DNA from: an uncultured bacterium
GTDB taxonomy: Bacteria > Hydrothermota > UBA3072 > B12-G15
Direction: 5' to 3'
DNA: 64,000 nt
NCBI GenBank assembly: GCA_964596115.1
Contig: CAZQRW010000002.1
Location: 15,480-79,479 of the forward strand
This document shows positions 28,815-38,708 of this stretch, piece after piece. Position 1 is the first letter of the stretch. Each line of letters opens with the position of its first letter. The notes beneath the pieces were generated by a model. The model was not told the DNA's origin. It made no database searches and was given only the letters and a program-made list of their open reading frames with translations. Position numbers and translations under genes: made by a program.

Positions 28815-28861
28815 CTCCAAATTACACATATATATCCACGATATATATGTGTAATTTGGAG
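28815..28861. repeat. Perfect 21-bp inverted repeat with a 5-nt spacer: CTCCAAATTACACATATATAT-ccacg-ATATATATGTGTAATTTGGAG
   Basis: Read directly from the sequence. 28815-28835 is the exact reverse complement of 28841-28861. It lies 59 nt downstream of the rpmB stop and 57 nt upstream of the start of the 28321-28758 gene. Confidence 0.9.
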
Positions 28862-28919
28862 AATTCCGTGATTTCAAAAGTAAATGATGATAAAAAGGGG
28901 AGTATAACCTACCAATAGA

Positions 28920-29111
28920 TCAATAGATTTTTTCAAGGTCAAGCTTTTTCAAACATTTAGAGCAGACATTCAGCTTTTTAATCCCATCTTTTGTCTTTAC
29001 TTTAACAACGTGAAGATTAGGATATCTAACCCTTTTTGTTTTTTTATGTGAATGGGAGACTGAATTCCCAAATTGTGGTCCTTTTCCACATATATCACAT
29101 CTTTTCGCCAT
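28920..29111 (-). CDS. rpmB: 50S ribosomal protein L28
   Basis: 'MAKRCDICGKGPQFGNSVSHSHKKTKRVRYPNLH' matches the L28 family. Length is 63 aa. Confidence 0.9.
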   Translation of the reverse strand: MAKRCDICGKGPQFGNSVSHSHKKTKRVRYPNLHVVKVKTKDGIKKLNVCSKCLKKLDLEKIY

Positions 29112-29185
29112 TTAAGTTCCTCCTTGGTATGTCTTATTTATGATGTTAATATATTGAAAAAAACCTGGCTGTCAAGTGAATATAA

Positions 29186-30943
29186 TTGACAAAGATTATT
29201 TTTAGAATATCTTTTTTATCAATGAAAGATATACTAAAAATGCTAAGCAGATTGAAAAAATATTGGGTGAGGGTGTTGGCAGGCATTATTATCCTGATTA
29301 TAGTGGATGGCATACAAGTTTTTATTCCTCGAATTCTTAAGTATGCTATAGATGGTCTTGCCACTGGTCACTTTGTTAAGCCCCTTTCTTACTTTGCAAT
29401 TCTTATTATCATCCTTGCATTCACTATTGCATTCTTCAGGTTCTGGTGGAGATACTTTGTCATTGGCACTTCAAGACTTGTAGAAAGGGAAATGAGAGAT
29501 GGTTTCTTTTCCCACCTTATTTCAATGGACCCATTGTTTTTTGTAAAGAGAAAAATTGGCGATCTTATGGCACATGCGACAAATGACATCGACGCTATAA
29601 GAATGGCTATCGGTATGGGCTTAATTGCACTTACGGATGCTCTTTTCTTATCCTTTGCGTCTATTTTTATGATGACAAGAATAAATCTTAGCCTTACTCT
29701 TTATGCTCTTATACCTGCTCCATTTCTCACTGTTATAACCTATTATTTTGGTGTAGTTATACATAGAAAATTTGAATATTCACAAGCAGGGTTTTCCTTG
29801 CTAACAGAAAAAGTAAGAGAGTTCGTTTCTGGAATAAAAATTATCAAGGGTTACAATCAGGAAACAGGCTCTGTCGAAAATTTTGATGAAACAAATAAGG
29901 AATACTATAATAGAATGATGAGCCTTATGAAATATTGGACAGCATTCGATCCTCTCCTATTCTTCTTTGCTTCCCTCTCATACGTTGCAGTTATCTGGTT
30001 CGGAGCATGGTACGTTATCTATGGGAAAATAACACTTGGTGATCTCGTCGCTTTTGTAAATTATTTAGACCTTATGATCTGGCCTATGATAGCATTTGGA
30101 TGGGTCGTAAACCTTTTCCAGAGAGGAAGTGCCTCATTCAACAGGGTGGAAAGGATAATGAAAGAACAACCCACAGTAATAGATATAGGCAAACCAACGC
30201 CAATAAAAGGAAAAATAGAATTAAGAGATCTAATGTTTTCTTACAATGGTAAAAGGGTTCTAAATGGTATAAACGCTGTATTTAAAAATGGAAAAATTAC
30301 TGCGATTGTTGGTCCCACAGGCGCAGGAAAATCCACAATTGTTGAACTTATAATGCGCTTTTATCCTGTAAATGGGATATATATTGATGATAAACCCGCT
30401 GAAGATGTTTCCCTTTCAGAATTTAGAAAAAGAGTAGGTTATGTTCCCCAAGAAACATTTCTCTTTTCTGATACAATTGCAAATAATATTTCTCTGGGAA
30501 AACCATCTGCATCAAAGAAAGAAATTGTGGATGCTGCAAAGGTCGCAATGATCTACGATGAAATTATGGAATTACCCAATGGGTTTGAAGCTATGCTTGG
30601 TGAAAAAGGGGTTAATCTCTCTGGTGGTCAAAAACAGAGAATTGCTATTGCAAGAGCAATTATTCTCAATCCACAAATATTAATACTTGATGATGCACTT
30701 TCATCTGTTGATTCACACACAGAGAAAAAAATAATAGAAAACCTCAGTAATTTCCTGAAAGAAAGGAATTCCATTATTATAAGTCACAGAATTTCCGCAA
30801 TAAAGGATGCCGATGAAATCCTTGTAATCGATGATGGTAGAATCGTTGAAAGGGGTATTCACAAAGAATTAATAACCAAAGAGGGTTTATATTACCTCTT
30901 ATATAAAAGACAACAATTAGAGGAAAAACTGGATGCCACATAA
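29186..30943 (+). CDS. ABC exporter, fused permease/ATPase (MsbA/heterodimeric type), subunit 1
   Basis: Six-TM N-domain. Walker A 'GPTGAGKST'. Signature 'LSGGQKQRIAIARA'. Walker B 'ILILDDALS'. The true start may be the internal ATG (MKDILKML). Confidence 0.9.
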   Translation: MTKIIFRISFLSMKDILKMLSRLKKYWVRVLAGIIILIIVDGIQVFIPRILKYAIDGLATGHFVKPLSYFAILIIILAFTIAFFRFWWRYFVIGTSRLVEREMRDGFFSHLISMDPLFFVKRKIGDLMAHATNDIDAIRMAIGMGLIALTDALFLSFASIFMMTRINLSLTLYALIPAPFLTVITYYFGVVIHRKFEYSQAGFSLLTEKVREFVSGIKIIKGYNQETGSVENFDETNKEYYNRMMSLMKYWTAFDPLLFFFASLSYVAVIWFGAWYVIYGKITLGDLVAFVNYLDLMIWPMIAFGWVVNLFQRGSASFNRVERIMKEQPTVIDIGKPTPIKGKIELRDLMFSYNGKRVLNGINAVFKNGKITAIVGPTGAGKSTIVELIMRFYPVNGIYIDDKPAEDVSLSEFRKRVGYVPQETFLFSDTIANNISLGKPSASKKEIVDAAKVAMIYDEIMELPNGFEAMLGEKGVNLSGGQKQRIAIARAIILNPQILILDDALSSVDSHTEKKIIENLSNFLKERNSIIISHRISAIKDADEILVIDDGRIVERGIHKELITKEGLYYLLYKRQQLEEKLDAT

Positions 30944-32972
30944 ATTCGTTCAGGAAGATGAAATAAGCGGAAAAAAATCTGTATTTGATATAAATATCTA
31001 CAAATGGCTTTCTGGATACCTTAAGCCTTACTGGGTTCAGTTTTTCCTAAACCTTCTCGTTCTTTTAATTATCACAGGTATAAATCTTGCCCTTCCTTAC
31101 ATATTAAAAGTTGGAATTGATAGGTATATAATGCCGTCTGCAAGAGAGATTGTAGGCAACTATAATAACCCCAAAATTCTAAAAACCGAAGATGGTAGAA
31201 ATTTCATTATTATGAGTAGTATTTCCTCAGGAAAGGTAGATGAGTTGAAAAAGAAAGGTATCTTTTCAAAAAAATCATACTATTACATACCTAAACCTAA
31301 AAGTATCCCAAAAGGACTCCATTACTTGAAAGGAAAAGGATTTATACTAATTCCAGCAGTGGAGATGGGTAGGCTTTCATTAAAAGAACGAATCTCCCTA
31401 CGTTCCTATCATATCCTGAAAATCAGGCAACTCGCCTTTATTTTTATCTTTATTATCTTCATTAATCTATTTCTCACATATGCCCAGGAATATCATCTCC
31501 AGAAAATTGGTCAGAAAATATCAATGTCAATAAGAAAGAACATTATAAAGAAATTTACCCGTTTACCTGTCTCTTTCTTTGAAAAGAACCCACTTGGCAG
31601 ACTTGTAACAAGGGGTACAAATGATGTAAATGCACTAAATGAGTTCTTTTCATCGGTAATCGTATACGTATTTAAGGATATTTTTATGATATTCGGTATA
31701 CTATTCATTATGTATAGAATGAGCCTATTACTTTTTTACATCGTACTTGGAATATTTCCTATAATTATTGTAATCACTGTTGTCTTTAGATATAAAGTAA
31801 GACTCGCCTTTAGAAATTTAAGGAAGAGACTGGCAAAAATAAATGCATTCCTTTCAGAAAGTCTCACAGGTATAAAAGTAATTCAGGCTTTTGTACAAGA
31901 AAAAAGGACAAAGAAAAAATTTGAAGGTATCAATAAAGACTACTATGACTCTACTATAAGGGTATTAATTACGTTTGCCGTTTTCAGACCCATAATTGGG
32001 GCAATCAGGTCTATCGGACTTGCCGCATTACTTTATTTTGGCGGTAAGGGTATCCTCAGTGGTATCATAACTTTTGGTTCTCTTGTTGCCTTCATCAGCT
32101 ATCTCAATGAATTGTTCCAACCTATCCGTGAATTGGCAGAGAGGTTCAATGTAATGGAGTCAGCTATGGCTGCATCTGAAAGAATACATAAACTATTAAA
32201 TGAAAAAGAAGAAATTTCTCCACCTGTTTTTATAAAAACATCAATAAATGGGCACATAGATTTTCAAAATGTGTGGTTTGCTTACAATAAAGATGAGTAT
32301 ATTCTTAAGGATGTCTCATTTCATGTAGATAAAGGCGAAAGGTTAGGGATTGTAGGCTATACTGGATCAGGTAAGACGACACTCATTAAATTACTCACAA
32401 GATTCTATGACCCTGATAAAGGAGAAATATTAATAGATGGAATAAGTACAAAGAACTTTAACAGAGCATATTTGAGAAAACATATTGCGACAGTATATCA
32501 AGAACCATTTCTTTTCTCTGGAACAATCAAGAATAATATAACACTTTTTGACGATATACCTGAAGAGAAATTGAAAAGTGCAATAGAGGTTTCAAACCTC
32601 TCGAAGGTACTTAAAAAGAAAAAACAGGGTTTATTAGAAACAGTGGGTACTGGTGGAAGCGGACTATCCACAGGAGAAAAACAGCTTGTAACATTTGCAA
32701 GGGCCCTCGCCTTTGATACTCCAATCCTTGTATTGGATGAGGCAACTGCAAATATTGACCCAGAAACGGAATACCTCATCCAGGATGCCTTATTCAAGGT
32801 AATGGAGGGTAGGACGTCCATTGTTATTGCCCACAGGCTTGCAACACTGAAAAAAATAGACAGAATCATCGTCCTACATAAAGGAAAAATTATTGAAGAG
32901 GGAACCCATGAGGATCTATTAAAAGTGGATGGCCTCTATGCATACCTTTTTAGGCTGCAGAAAATTGCATAA
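30933..32972 (+). CDS. ABC exporter, fused permease/ATPase, subunit 2, with a ~100-aa insertion after TM1
   Basis: Walker A 'GYTGSGKTT'. Signature 'LSTGEKQLVTFARA'. Walker B 'ILVLDEATA'. It overlaps subunit 1 by 11 nt, suggesting a heterodimer pair. There is an unusually long extracytoplasmic loop (…SAREIVGNYNNPKILKTEDGRNF…). Confidence 0.9.
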   Translation: MPHKFVQEDEISGKKSVFDINIYKWLSGYLKPYWVQFFLNLLVLLIITGINLALPYILKVGIDRYIMPSAREIVGNYNNPKILKTEDGRNFIIMSSISSGKVDELKKKGIFSKKSYYYIPKPKSIPKGLHYLKGKGFILIPAVEMGRLSLKERISLRSYHILKIRQLAFIFIFIIFINLFLTYAQEYHLQKIGQKISMSIRKNIIKKFTRLPVSFFEKNPLGRLVTRGTNDVNALNEFFSSVIVYVFKDIFMIFGILFIMYRMSLLLFYIVLGIFPIIIVITVVFRYKVRLAFRNLRKRLAKINAFLSESLTGIKVIQAFVQEKRTKKKFEGINKDYYDSTIRVLITFAVFRPIIGAIRSIGLAALLYFGGKGILSGIITFGSLVAFISYLNELFQPIRELAERFNVMESAMAASERIHKLLNEKEEISPPVFIKTSINGHIDFQNVWFAYNKDEYILKDVSFHVDKGERLGIVGYTGSGKTTLIKLLTRFYDPDKGEILIDGISTKNFNRAYLRKHIATVYQEPFLFSGTIKNNITLFDDIPEEKLKSAIEVSNLSKVLKKKKQGLLETVGTGGSGLSTGEKQLVTFARALAFDTPILVLDEATANIDPETEYLIQDALFKVMEGRTSIVIAHRLATLKKIDRIIVLHKGKIIEEGTHEDLLKVDGLYAYLFRLQKIA

Positions 32973-33058
32973 ACACATATTTTAGAGAAGCTATCAGGAA
33001 TCTGTACAATTGTATATTAAAAGGGTATTACCATCTTTCTCTTTGATATTAGAAAGGA

Positions 33059-33625
33059 TTAGTCGTCTGTAATTATAACCTTCTTTTCTTCTTTGTTTTT
33101 TCCTTTAGACCTATCGGTAATTATTATATCATTTTCTGAATCTTCCCCTTCTCTACCAAGATTATCAGGGGTTATAATACCACTCTTCTCCGTTTTTTCC
33201 ACCTTCTTTGGGAGAAATGGGTATAACAGTTTCCAAATCTTTGGGTTCTCTGCATAAGGAGTATTTAGGGCAGTTTTAATGAACAAACCCTGGAAAAAGG
33301 GAATCTTTTCAGGAGGTATTCTCTTTGAGAGTAGAAGGATAGTTATACTTACCAGAGTGCTTTCTTCACTATTTTTATGACTCTCAATATATTTGCCGAG
33401 TTTTTCGACAATTAAACTGTAAAGCACTGGTATAAGGCCCCTTTTCACTCCTTCAAAAACAAACTCTTCAAGGGATGGCTCTACAGAGGAGTTAATAATT
33501 TCATCAAGATACTCTTCAACATTTTTTACCTTCAATTTTAATTTAACGAAATCATGCGTCCATGGTAAAAAAAATGTTGCCATTATCAATTCTTCATTAC
33601 TGGGTGTTCTTTCTTCTTTTCCCAT
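33059..33625 (-). CDS. Hypothetical soluble protein with short C-terminal 'I(I/V)ITD' repeats
   Basis: No recognisable motifs. It lies 54 nt downstream of feoA on the same strand. Confidence 0.3.
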   Translation of the reverse strand: MGKEERTPSNEELIMATFFLPWTHDFVKLKLKVKNVEEYLDEIINSSVEPSLEEFVFEGVKRGLIPVLYSLIVEKLGKYIESHKNSEESTLVSITILLLSKRIPPEKIPFFQGLFIKTALNTPYAENPKIWKLLYPFLPKKVEKTEKSGIITPDNLGREGEDSENDIIITDRSKGKNKEEKKVIITDD

Positions 33626-33678
33626 AAAATATGAATAAGCAAAATATAAAAAAAGTCAAGGAATCAAATTATAAGAGA

Positions 33679-33897
33679 TTATTTAACAAAAATTTTTGCT
33701 GCAATACCCCTTCCAATTGCAAGCCTTGCCCCCATCACCTCAATAATAAGTGCACCTCTGCCAGGATTGGAAACCATAGTAATTTCTGTGCCCGGTGTTA
33801 TACCAATTTCAAGGAGTTTTTTTCTAAAATTTATACCTCCGCTGAGGGACAAAACAACACCTATTTCTCCAGGTCTCAGGGAAAGAAGACTTTTCAT
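33679..33897 (-). CDS. feoA: FeoA-family small SH3-like protein
   Basis: 'LSLRPGEIGVVLSL…LLEIGITPGTEITMV…GARLAIGRGIAAKIFV' matches the FeoA domain. No feoB is adjacent. Confidence 0.7.
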   Translation of the reverse strand: MKSLLSLRPGEIGVVLSLSGGINFRKKLLEIGITPGTEITMVSNPGRGALIIEVMGARLAIGRGIAAKIFVK

Positions 33898-33963
33898 CCC
33901 TTTAAATTAGAATTTATAATGTTCGTATTGATTAACTTACTCAGATAAAAACAAATCGTCGTA

Positions 33964-36045
33964 TTAATAATAGTATCTATAATGATAATATCCATACTCT
34001 TTCCTAACATTTACCTTATTCATTACAAAACCGGATGCTTGAATATTAAGATTCTTTAAAACGGTTTTTAACCTCTCAAGGGATTGTCTTCTTGTTTCAC
34101 CATAGGCGGTAACAAAAAGGAGACCATCCACTATTTTTGAAAGAACAGTTGCATCAGACACACTTAAAAAAGGTGGTGAATCAAGGATAATAATATCATA
34201 CTTCTGTTTCCAGCTTTCTAACAATTTCTCCATTTTTTTTGAATCGAGTAGCTCAGCAGGATTCGGTGGAAGTGTCCCAGCAGTTATAACATCAACACCA
34301 TCAATATTATGAATGATATCTTTTATAGAATTCCCTGTAATTATATCAGAAAGCCCTGGAGAAAGTTCTACATTAAAGAAGTTATGAATTGCAGGTTTTC
34401 TCATATCTGAGTCGACTAACAACACCTTCTTATTAGCAAAATAAAATGAATATGCAAGATTAACTGAAACCATACTTTTACCTTCTCCCTCGCCTGGGCT
34501 GGTGATAAGGATTGTTTTTAAAGGCTTATCAGCACTTGAAAGGGTCAAATTTGTCCGTAGCATTCTAAATGATTCCGTTTCTGTAGAATTTGGTTGCTCT
34601 TTAAAAAGAAGAAGACATTTCCTGGTTGATTTACCATTTATTTTGGGAATTATAGCAAGTCCAGGAATGCCAAGAATTCTTGAAGCCTCATCCTCCGATT
34701 TTACACTCATATCCAAATAATCTATAAATATTGTCATACCTATACCAAGCAAAATACCAAGAAAAAGGAAAATTATTACATTCCTCATTTTTACACTCTT
34801 AAGTGGAATATTTGAAAATGCAGCCCTATCAAGAATTGTAACATCGCCAATTTCGCTTGCCTCAGAAATCCGCGCTTCTTCAGATTTTTCGAGGAGCATC
34901 ATATATATTTTTTTATTCGCGTCTCTCTCCCTCTCCAATCTTGCAAGTTTCACCTCCTGGTCAGGCACAGCCTCCATTTTTCTCTCGTACTCCTGGACAA
35001 TTCTCTTATAGGCATTTTCCTTCGCCCTCGCAACCATCACTTCAACCTTCAATTCAAGGGATCTCGAAAACAGGGTTTGAATCTCGGGAAAATCTGCCAT
35101 TGAACCTGAAGAAAGCAGTTCAGAAAGCTTCTGTCTTAGCTCATTTGCTGTTCTTTTTATATCACCTTCTAAATCAGTGATCCTACTATCTTTTTTGTCA
35201 ACACCCTGAATGATTAAATCGGCTTTTTTATTTTCTAGATATGTAAGTCTATCCCACAAATTCTGTACCTGTGGAGCATCTGATCTTGTTTCAAATATTC
35301 TTTTTTGTTCATCATCAAGCCTAGAAACAGTCTCGGAAAGCCTCTTCTCAAGTACATTCCTATCTACCGTTGCCTCCCTATACTTAGCCTCAAAATCTGT
35401 TGTTTTATCTATTAAGGCATCTGTCTCCTGTGATGTACCAAGAATAAGGTGTTTTTTCTTATAATTCTTTAATGCTTCTTCAGATTTTCTTAAAGCCTCT
35501 TTCATAACACTTAGTTGTTCTTCTGCAAAATTCCTTAACTTCCTCGACTGGCGTTTTTTACTATCAATATCAAATCGCTGATATGCCTCAGCTATCTTAT
35601 TGGGGAAATAGTAGCTTCTATATGGGTTTCTCTCGGTTGCAACGATTTTAATTATATTAGAATTCCTTATGGGCTCTATCGTTATGTTGTTTGATTTTAT
35701 ATCTCCGATAAGTCTATCCATAACCTCTTTTTTATTTGAGAATTTTGCCTTCTCAAGCTCATCTGCTGTAAAACTTTCAGCAACCATTGACATAATTCTA
35801 TTACTCTTAAGGAGTAATGTATGATCGGTAACTTCACTTCCTATTTTACCGGTATACATAGGTTCAAAGAAGGATACATTTTGCTGCCTGATCAAGATAG
35901 AAGCGGAATTCCTATAGAGAGGAGGCGATTTAAAATAATATATAAGGGAAAAAATAACGGTTATTCCCAAGATAGAGTATAGTATCCAGCTTCTTCTTTT
36001 AATAATAAGTATATACTGTTCTATTCCAATTTCGTCATCCTGCAT
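33964..36045 (-). CDS. Polysaccharide co-polymerase / tyrosine autokinase (Wzc/EpsB-like; chain-length determinant plus BY-kinase)
   Basis: N-terminal TM followed by a coiled-coil periplasmic region and a second TM. The C-terminal P-loop kinase has Walker A 'SPGEGEGKS', A' 'LLVDSDMRKP' and Walker B 'IIILDSPP'. It ends in a Tyr-rich tail 'YGYYHYRYYY'. Confidence 0.8.
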   Translation of the reverse strand: MQDDEIGIEQYILIIKRRSWILYSILGITVIFSLIYYFKSPPLYRNSASILIRQQNVSFFEPMYTGKIGSEVTDHTLLLKSNRIMSMVAESFTADELEKAKFSNKKEVMDRLIGDIKSNNITIEPIRNSNIIKIVATERNPYRSYYFPNKIAEAYQRFDIDSKKRQSRKLRNFAEEQLSVMKEALRKSEEALKNYKKKHLILGTSQETDALIDKTTDFEAKYREATVDRNVLEKRLSETVSRLDDEQKRIFETRSDAPQVQNLWDRLTYLENKKADLIIQGVDKKDSRITDLEGDIKRTANELRQKLSELLSSGSMADFPEIQTLFSRSLELKVEVMVARAKENAYKRIVQEYERKMEAVPDQEVKLARLERERDANKKIYMMLLEKSEEARISEASEIGDVTILDRAAFSNIPLKSVKMRNVIIFLFLGILLGIGMTIFIDYLDMSVKSEDEASRILGIPGLAIIPKINGKSTRKCLLLFKEQPNSTETESFRMLRTNLTLSSADKPLKTILITSPGEGEGKSMVSVNLAYSFYFANKKVLLVDSDMRKPAIHNFFNVELSPGLSDIITGNSIKDIIHNIDGVDVITAGTLPPNPAELLDSKKMEKLLESWKQKYDIIILDSPPFLSVSDATVLSKIVDGLLFVTAYGETRRQSLERLKTVLKNLNIQASGFVMNKVNVRKEYGYYHYRYYY

Positions 36046-36179
36046 AAAAACATATTATTCACTTTACAAAAAAAGTCAATATAAAAAGAAATTTCAAATT
36101 AATTAAATACATTAGTGTCAAAATTTTACTTGAAATATATTCTTTTGTTTGTAAAATACCCATATGTTTCTATGTACCA

Positions 36180-37514
36180 TTGGGGTTAAAGGATTGCACA
36201 ATGACAGACTTGGTTAAACTCACACGAGAGGCTGGTATTGTTGGAGCAGGTGGAGCTGGTTTCCCCACATATGTTAAGATAAATTCCTATGTAGACACGT
36301 TTATTGCAAATTGCGCAGAGTGCGAACCCCTTCTTTATAAAGACAAAGAAATAATAAAAAATTTCACCCATAAGGTTATGGGGGCAATACAGAACGTCCT
36401 TGATGCAACAGGTGCGAAAAAAGGCTTTATCGCTGTAAAGAAAAAATATTCTAATTTGTTCTTTAAAATAAAGGGCGCAATAAATGACGAAAGAATAAGT
36501 ATTTACGGCCTTGATGATTACTATCCTGCAGGGGATGAGGTAGAACTTGTCTATGAAATAACAGGAAAGGTAATAAATGAAGGGGATATTCCTCTTTCAG
36601 TTGGGGTACTTGTTCATAATATAGAAACATTATACAATATTTCATTGGCTTTAGAAGGGAAACCAGTAATTAAAAAGTTTTTAACAATCAATGGATGTAT
36701 CAAGGAACCCTTTACGGCATCCTTCTCTATTGGAACACCAATTTACCAAATTGTTAAATCCGCCCAACCATCTACTCAGCACTTCTCCATCATCGAAGGA
36801 GGTCCGATGATGGGTAGCATTGTAGAAGATGAAAGGGAACCTGTAAAAAAAACAACTTCTGGTATTATCGTTCTTCCAGAAGATCACCCTCTAATAAAAA
36901 AGAAAAAAATAACAACGGGCCAAATTGAAAAAATAGTACAATACTGTACCAATTGCACGAGATGTACCGATCTTTGCCCAAGACATCTTTTGGGTCAACA
37001 TATTGAACCTCATAAGATAATGAGAAATGTAGGTTATAGGATTGAGGATAGGGCAATAATGGTAGAGGCATACAACTGCTGTCAATGTGCAATTTGTGAA
37101 AATTTTGCCTGCCCTGTGGAACTACCACCTATGTCTTTAATAAAGGAGATTGTAGAATTTCTTAAAAATAAGGGGATCCCACCTAAAATCTCTATTCCTG
37201 GGCAGGTAGATGTAGAAAAAGAAGGAAGAAGGATTCCTTTTTCAAGGCTAGTCCAGAGGCTTGGTATTGAGCAATATAACCTCTCGGCTTCACTCAGAAA
37301 AGTAGAACTCAATACGGATGAGTATACAATTCTTCTAAAACAGCACATTGGAGTACCCGCTTCGCCCATCGTAGAGAAAGGTGAAAAGGTGAAAAGAGGT
37401 CAAAAAATCGGTGACGTGCCTGAGACTGAGATGGGTGTCCCCATACATTCTCCAATAAATGGAACTATCAACTTTGTGGACGACAAAAAAATCATAGTCA
37501 GGAGAGGGGATTGA
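36180..37514 (+). CDS. RnfC/PduS/PrdC-family electron-transfer protein (NADH-binding 51K-like domain plus two 4Fe-4S motifs), with its RnfC_N-like barrel-sandwich domain at the C-terminus
   Basis: 'GIVGAGGAGFPTYVK' (Complex1_51K motif) lies at the very N-terminus. Two ferredoxin-type motifs follow: 'CTNCTRCTDLCP' and 'CCQCAICENFACP'. C-terminal 'HIGVPASPIVEKGEKVKRGQKIGDV…GVPIHSPINGTI' resembles the biotinyl-like domain found at the N-terminus of RnfC. No other rnf genes are nearby. Confidence 0.7.
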   Translation: MGLKDCTMTDLVKLTREAGIVGAGGAGFPTYVKINSYVDTFIANCAECEPLLYKDKEIIKNFTHKVMGAIQNVLDATGAKKGFIAVKKKYSNLFFKIKGAINDERISIYGLDDYYPAGDEVELVYEITGKVINEGDIPLSVGVLVHNIETLYNISLALEGKPVIKKFLTINGCIKEPFTASFSIGTPIYQIVKSAQPSTQHFSIIEGGPMMGSIVEDEREPVKKTTSGIIVLPEDHPLIKKKKITTGQIEKIVQYCTNCTRCTDLCPRHLLGQHIEPHKIMRNVGYRIEDRAIMVEAYNCCQCAICENFACPVELPPMSLIKEIVEFLKNKGIPPKISIPGQVDVEKEGRRIPFSRLVQRLGIEQYNLSASLRKVELNTDEYTILLKQHIGVPASPIVEKGEKVKRGQKIGDVPETEMGVPIHSPINGTINFVDDKKIIVRRGD

Positions 37515-37673
37515 AGGGTTGGTTAGATTCGATGGTCAGGCCTGAAGGTGCAAGATTTGTTTTAAATCGTTTGAGGGCAAAGAAAAAATTAGTCATTGTT
37601 GAGGGTGATAATCGTATACTAACATTTAGAAAAATGTTGAAAGCTGTAAAATTTCTAAAAAGGGATTCCCCCC

Positions 37674-38708
37674 ATGGGTAAACTCAGTAATAATGTTAAA
37701 AGAGGAGTAAGGTTATTTTTAATCATATTAATCATCACTATTACATTACTACTTGTTTTCACGGTATCAAGACAAACCTGGGGTGCAATAAAAAAGATGA
37801 GCTTTGTATATCTTATTATTGCCCTTGTACTGTGGTTTTTATATGTACTCTTTGATGGTATAAGACTCCAGATAATAATTCACGGCATAACAGGAAGATG
37901 GATAAATCTTGTGACATCCCTTGAGGTCATTCTTACCGGTTCATTTATGGCAGCAGTAACACCCTTCCAGACTGGCGGGCTTCCTGTACAGCTCTATATT
38001 CTATACAAAAATAAAATTTCTCTTGGAAAAGGAACCCTGGCTCTCTTTTTAAGAGGAATTTTTTATGCACTTTTTATCATAACTCTAATTCCTTTTTTGA
38101 TACCCCTATACAGATCACAGGTTGAACAAGGTTCAATGAAACTCTTGCTAACATATAGTATTATTATATACAGTGTAATTATTATTGGATTTTTTGTCAT
38201 TATATTAAAACCAAGAATTATTAAAAGGGGCCTCCTCAAAATATTCTACAGAAGAAAAAAGAAAACAAGGGTTGTAAGATTTATAGGAAAAACATTTAGT
38301 GAAATTGAAGAGATGCGTAAGGAATTCTGGAGATTTACATCAAAGAAAGGGCTTCATTCCCTGGGGGCTTATATATTCACTTTTCTTAGTTCCATACCAT
38401 ACTATTCTATTGCACCTCTAATCCTCTACGGTCTTGGGATAAAAGTTCATTTCTTTTCAGTATTTTTCTTACAGGTATTTTTAATTCTTTTCACATTCTT
38501 TTTCCCTACTCCTGGTGGTACTGGAGCAGTAGAAGGTGGTTTTGCAGCGTTATTTGCTACTGTTGCACCGAGATACATACTCGGTGTGTATACACTGATC
38601 TGGAGATTTTTTACATCATATATAACTGCAATAATAGGAGGATTCTTTACTTTGAAGATTCTCAAATTAGGAGAAATCGATTTTGAACGAGAGGAAAAAA
38701 ATAAATAA
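37674..38708 (+). CDS. UPF0104/LPG-synthase-TM-like (flippase-like) integral membrane protein
   Basis: About 8 TM helices. 'TPFQTGGLPVQLYIL' and C-terminal 'FFPTPGGTGAVEGGF' resemble the MprF-type flippase-domain family. Confidence 0.6.
   Translation: MGKLSNNVKRGVRLFLIILIITITLLLVFTVSRQTWGAIKKMSFVYLIIALVLWFLYVLFDGIRLQIIIHGITGRWINLVTSLEVILTGSFMAAVTPFQTGGLPVQLYILYKNKISLGKGTLALFLRGIFYALFIITLIPFLIPLYRSQVEQGSMKLLLTYSIIIYSVIIIGFFVIILKPRIIKRGLLKIFYRRKKKTRVVRFIGKTFSEIEEMRKEFWRFTSKKGLHSLGAYIFTFLSSIPYYSIAPLILYGLGIKVHFFSVFFLQVFLILFTFFFPTPGGTGAVEGGFAALFATVAPRYILGVYTLIWRFFTSYITAIIGGFFTLKILKLGEIDFEREEKNK

Noticed and set aside
28815-28861. The 47-bp palindrome considered as the rho-independent terminator of rpmB.
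   Set aside because: The stem is almost entirely A/T and there is no U-run following it on either strand. It is kept as a regulatory or structural repeat of unknown role.
33005-33016. Short palindrome TACAATTGTA between the convergent ABC transporter and hypothetical genes.
   Set aside because: It is only 10 bp long and sits in AT-rich DNA, so it is likely chance. It has no flanking terminator features.
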